Of a stretch of DNA of 64,000 bases, positions 63,278 to 64,000 are shown one piece after another. The translations under genes and the position numbers were made by a program. The notes under the pieces were generated by a model. That model ran no database searches, was not told where the DNA came from, and worked only from the letters and a program-made list of their open reading frames with translations. Every line of letters begins with the position of its first letter. The stretch's first letter is position 1. The DNA is from Rhodocyclaceae bacterium (GTDB lineage: Bacteria; Pseudomonadota; Gammaproteobacteria; Burkholderiales; Rhodocyclaceae), in contig JAQTNK010000009.1 in assembly GCA_028713915.1 (NCBI GenBank), forward strand, positions 46,857 to 110,856, written 5' to 3'.

Positions 63278-64000
63278 ATGTCCGACGAACATACAGAACT
63301 GGCGAAGCTGCGCGACGGCATCGACCGCATCGACAGCGACGTGTTGCGCCTGCTTTCCGAGCGCGCGCAGCTCGCGCATCGCATCGGCGAAATCAAGCAC
63401 GGCAACATCTACCGCCCCGAACGCGAGGCGCAGGTGTTGCGGCGCATCGCCGACGCCAACCCCGGGCCCTTGCCCGAGGCGGCGGTGCGCACGATTTTCC
63501 GCGAGGTCATGTCGGCCTGCCTGGCGCTCGAGCAACCGCTCAAGATCGCCTATTTCGGCCCGGCCGGCACGTTCACCGAAAGCGCCGCCAAGAAGCATTT
63601 CGGCTCGGCGCCGGCCTTCACGCCCTGGATGACCATCGACGACGTCTTCCGCGCCGTCGAGTCCGGCAATGCCGACTACGGCGTCGTGCCGGTGGAGAAC
63701 TCCACCGAGGGCGCGGTCGGCCGCACCCTGGACCTGCTGCTGACTTCGCCGCTGATGATCTGCGGCGAAGTGATGCTGCGCGTCCATCAGAACCTGTTGT
63801 CCAAGGCGGAAACCACCGCCGGCGCGACCAAGCTGTATTCGCACGCGCAGTCGCTGGCGCAGTGCCACGAGTGGCTCAACCGCAACCTGCCGACGGTGCC
63901 GCGCGTACCCGTCGCCAGCAATGCGGAAGCGGCGCGCCTGGCCGGCGAAGATCCGACCTCCTGCGCCATCGCCGGCGAGGCGGCGGCGCGGCTCTACGAG
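63278..64000 (+). CDS. pheA: bifunctional chorismate mutase / prephenate dehydratase (P-protein), 3'-truncated by window edge
   Basis: Not in the ORF track because it is open-ended. ATG at 63278. LAKLRDGIDRIDSDVLRLLSERAQLAHRIGEIK (CM domain), then KIAYFGPAGTFTESAAKKHFG and VPVENSTEGAV (PDT domain). Confidence 0.9.
   Translation, partial: MSDEHTELAKLRDGIDRIDSDVLRLLSERAQLAHRIGEIKHGNIYRPEREAQVLRRIADANPGPLPEAAVRTIFREVMSACLALEQPLKIAYFGPAGTFTESAAKKHFGSAPAFTPWMTIDDVFRAVESGNADYGVVPVENSTEGAVGRTLDLLLTSPLMICGEVMLRVHQNLLSKAETTAGATKLYSHAQSLAQCHEWLNRNLPTVPRVPVASNAEAARLAGEDPTSCAIAGEAAARLYE

Overview
High-GC (roughly two-thirds G+C by eye) chromosomal window with betaproteobacterial-type synteny. It looks like core genome. 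I found no rRNA, tRNA, CRISPR array, transposase, integrase or phage gene. Content, left to right: (1) a contiguous TCA-cycle block: mdh, a divergent GntR/HutC regulator, sdhCDAB, sdhE, gltA, sucA, sucB, lpdA, zapE; (2) a Zn-alcohol dehydrogenase, bcp, slyD, mutS, a BON lipoprotein; (3) suhB / trmJ-cysE, then a complete ISC Fe-S operon iscR-(extra NifS-like desulfurase)-iscS-iscU-iscA-hscB-hscA-fdx-iscX; (4) tatD-like, DMT transporter, DUF1015, DAHP synthase, CHRD protein, HD-GYP protein, mfd; (5) a more accessory-looking stretch: DUF599, an M48-like lipoprotein with a broken HExxH motif, and a minus-strand unit MgtC/DUF4010 - Memo - AMMECR1 - radical SAM (the function-unknown AmmeMemoRadiSam triad) - orphan 67-aa ORF; (6) ispD, ispF, thpR, a stand-alone cNMP-binding protein coupled to an AI-2E transporter, an NfeD/SPFH pair; (7) fpr, a TPR+GT9 protein, envZ-like kinase, ompR, two tiny divergent ORFs; (8) gph, ubiG, ompA-family, TRZ/ATZ amidohydrolase, gyrA, serC, serA-like, pheA (truncated by the window edge). 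Many ORF-track entries are N-terminally over-extended or are long stop-free antisense or alternate frames typical of GC-rich DNA. I trimmed starts using conserved N-termini and Shine-Dalgarno sequences. The best candidate for an undescribed system is the extended AmmeMemoRadiSam locus. All other findings are regulatory-site or gene-architecture observations of modest interest. All family calls come from my own recognition of motifs; no database search was run.
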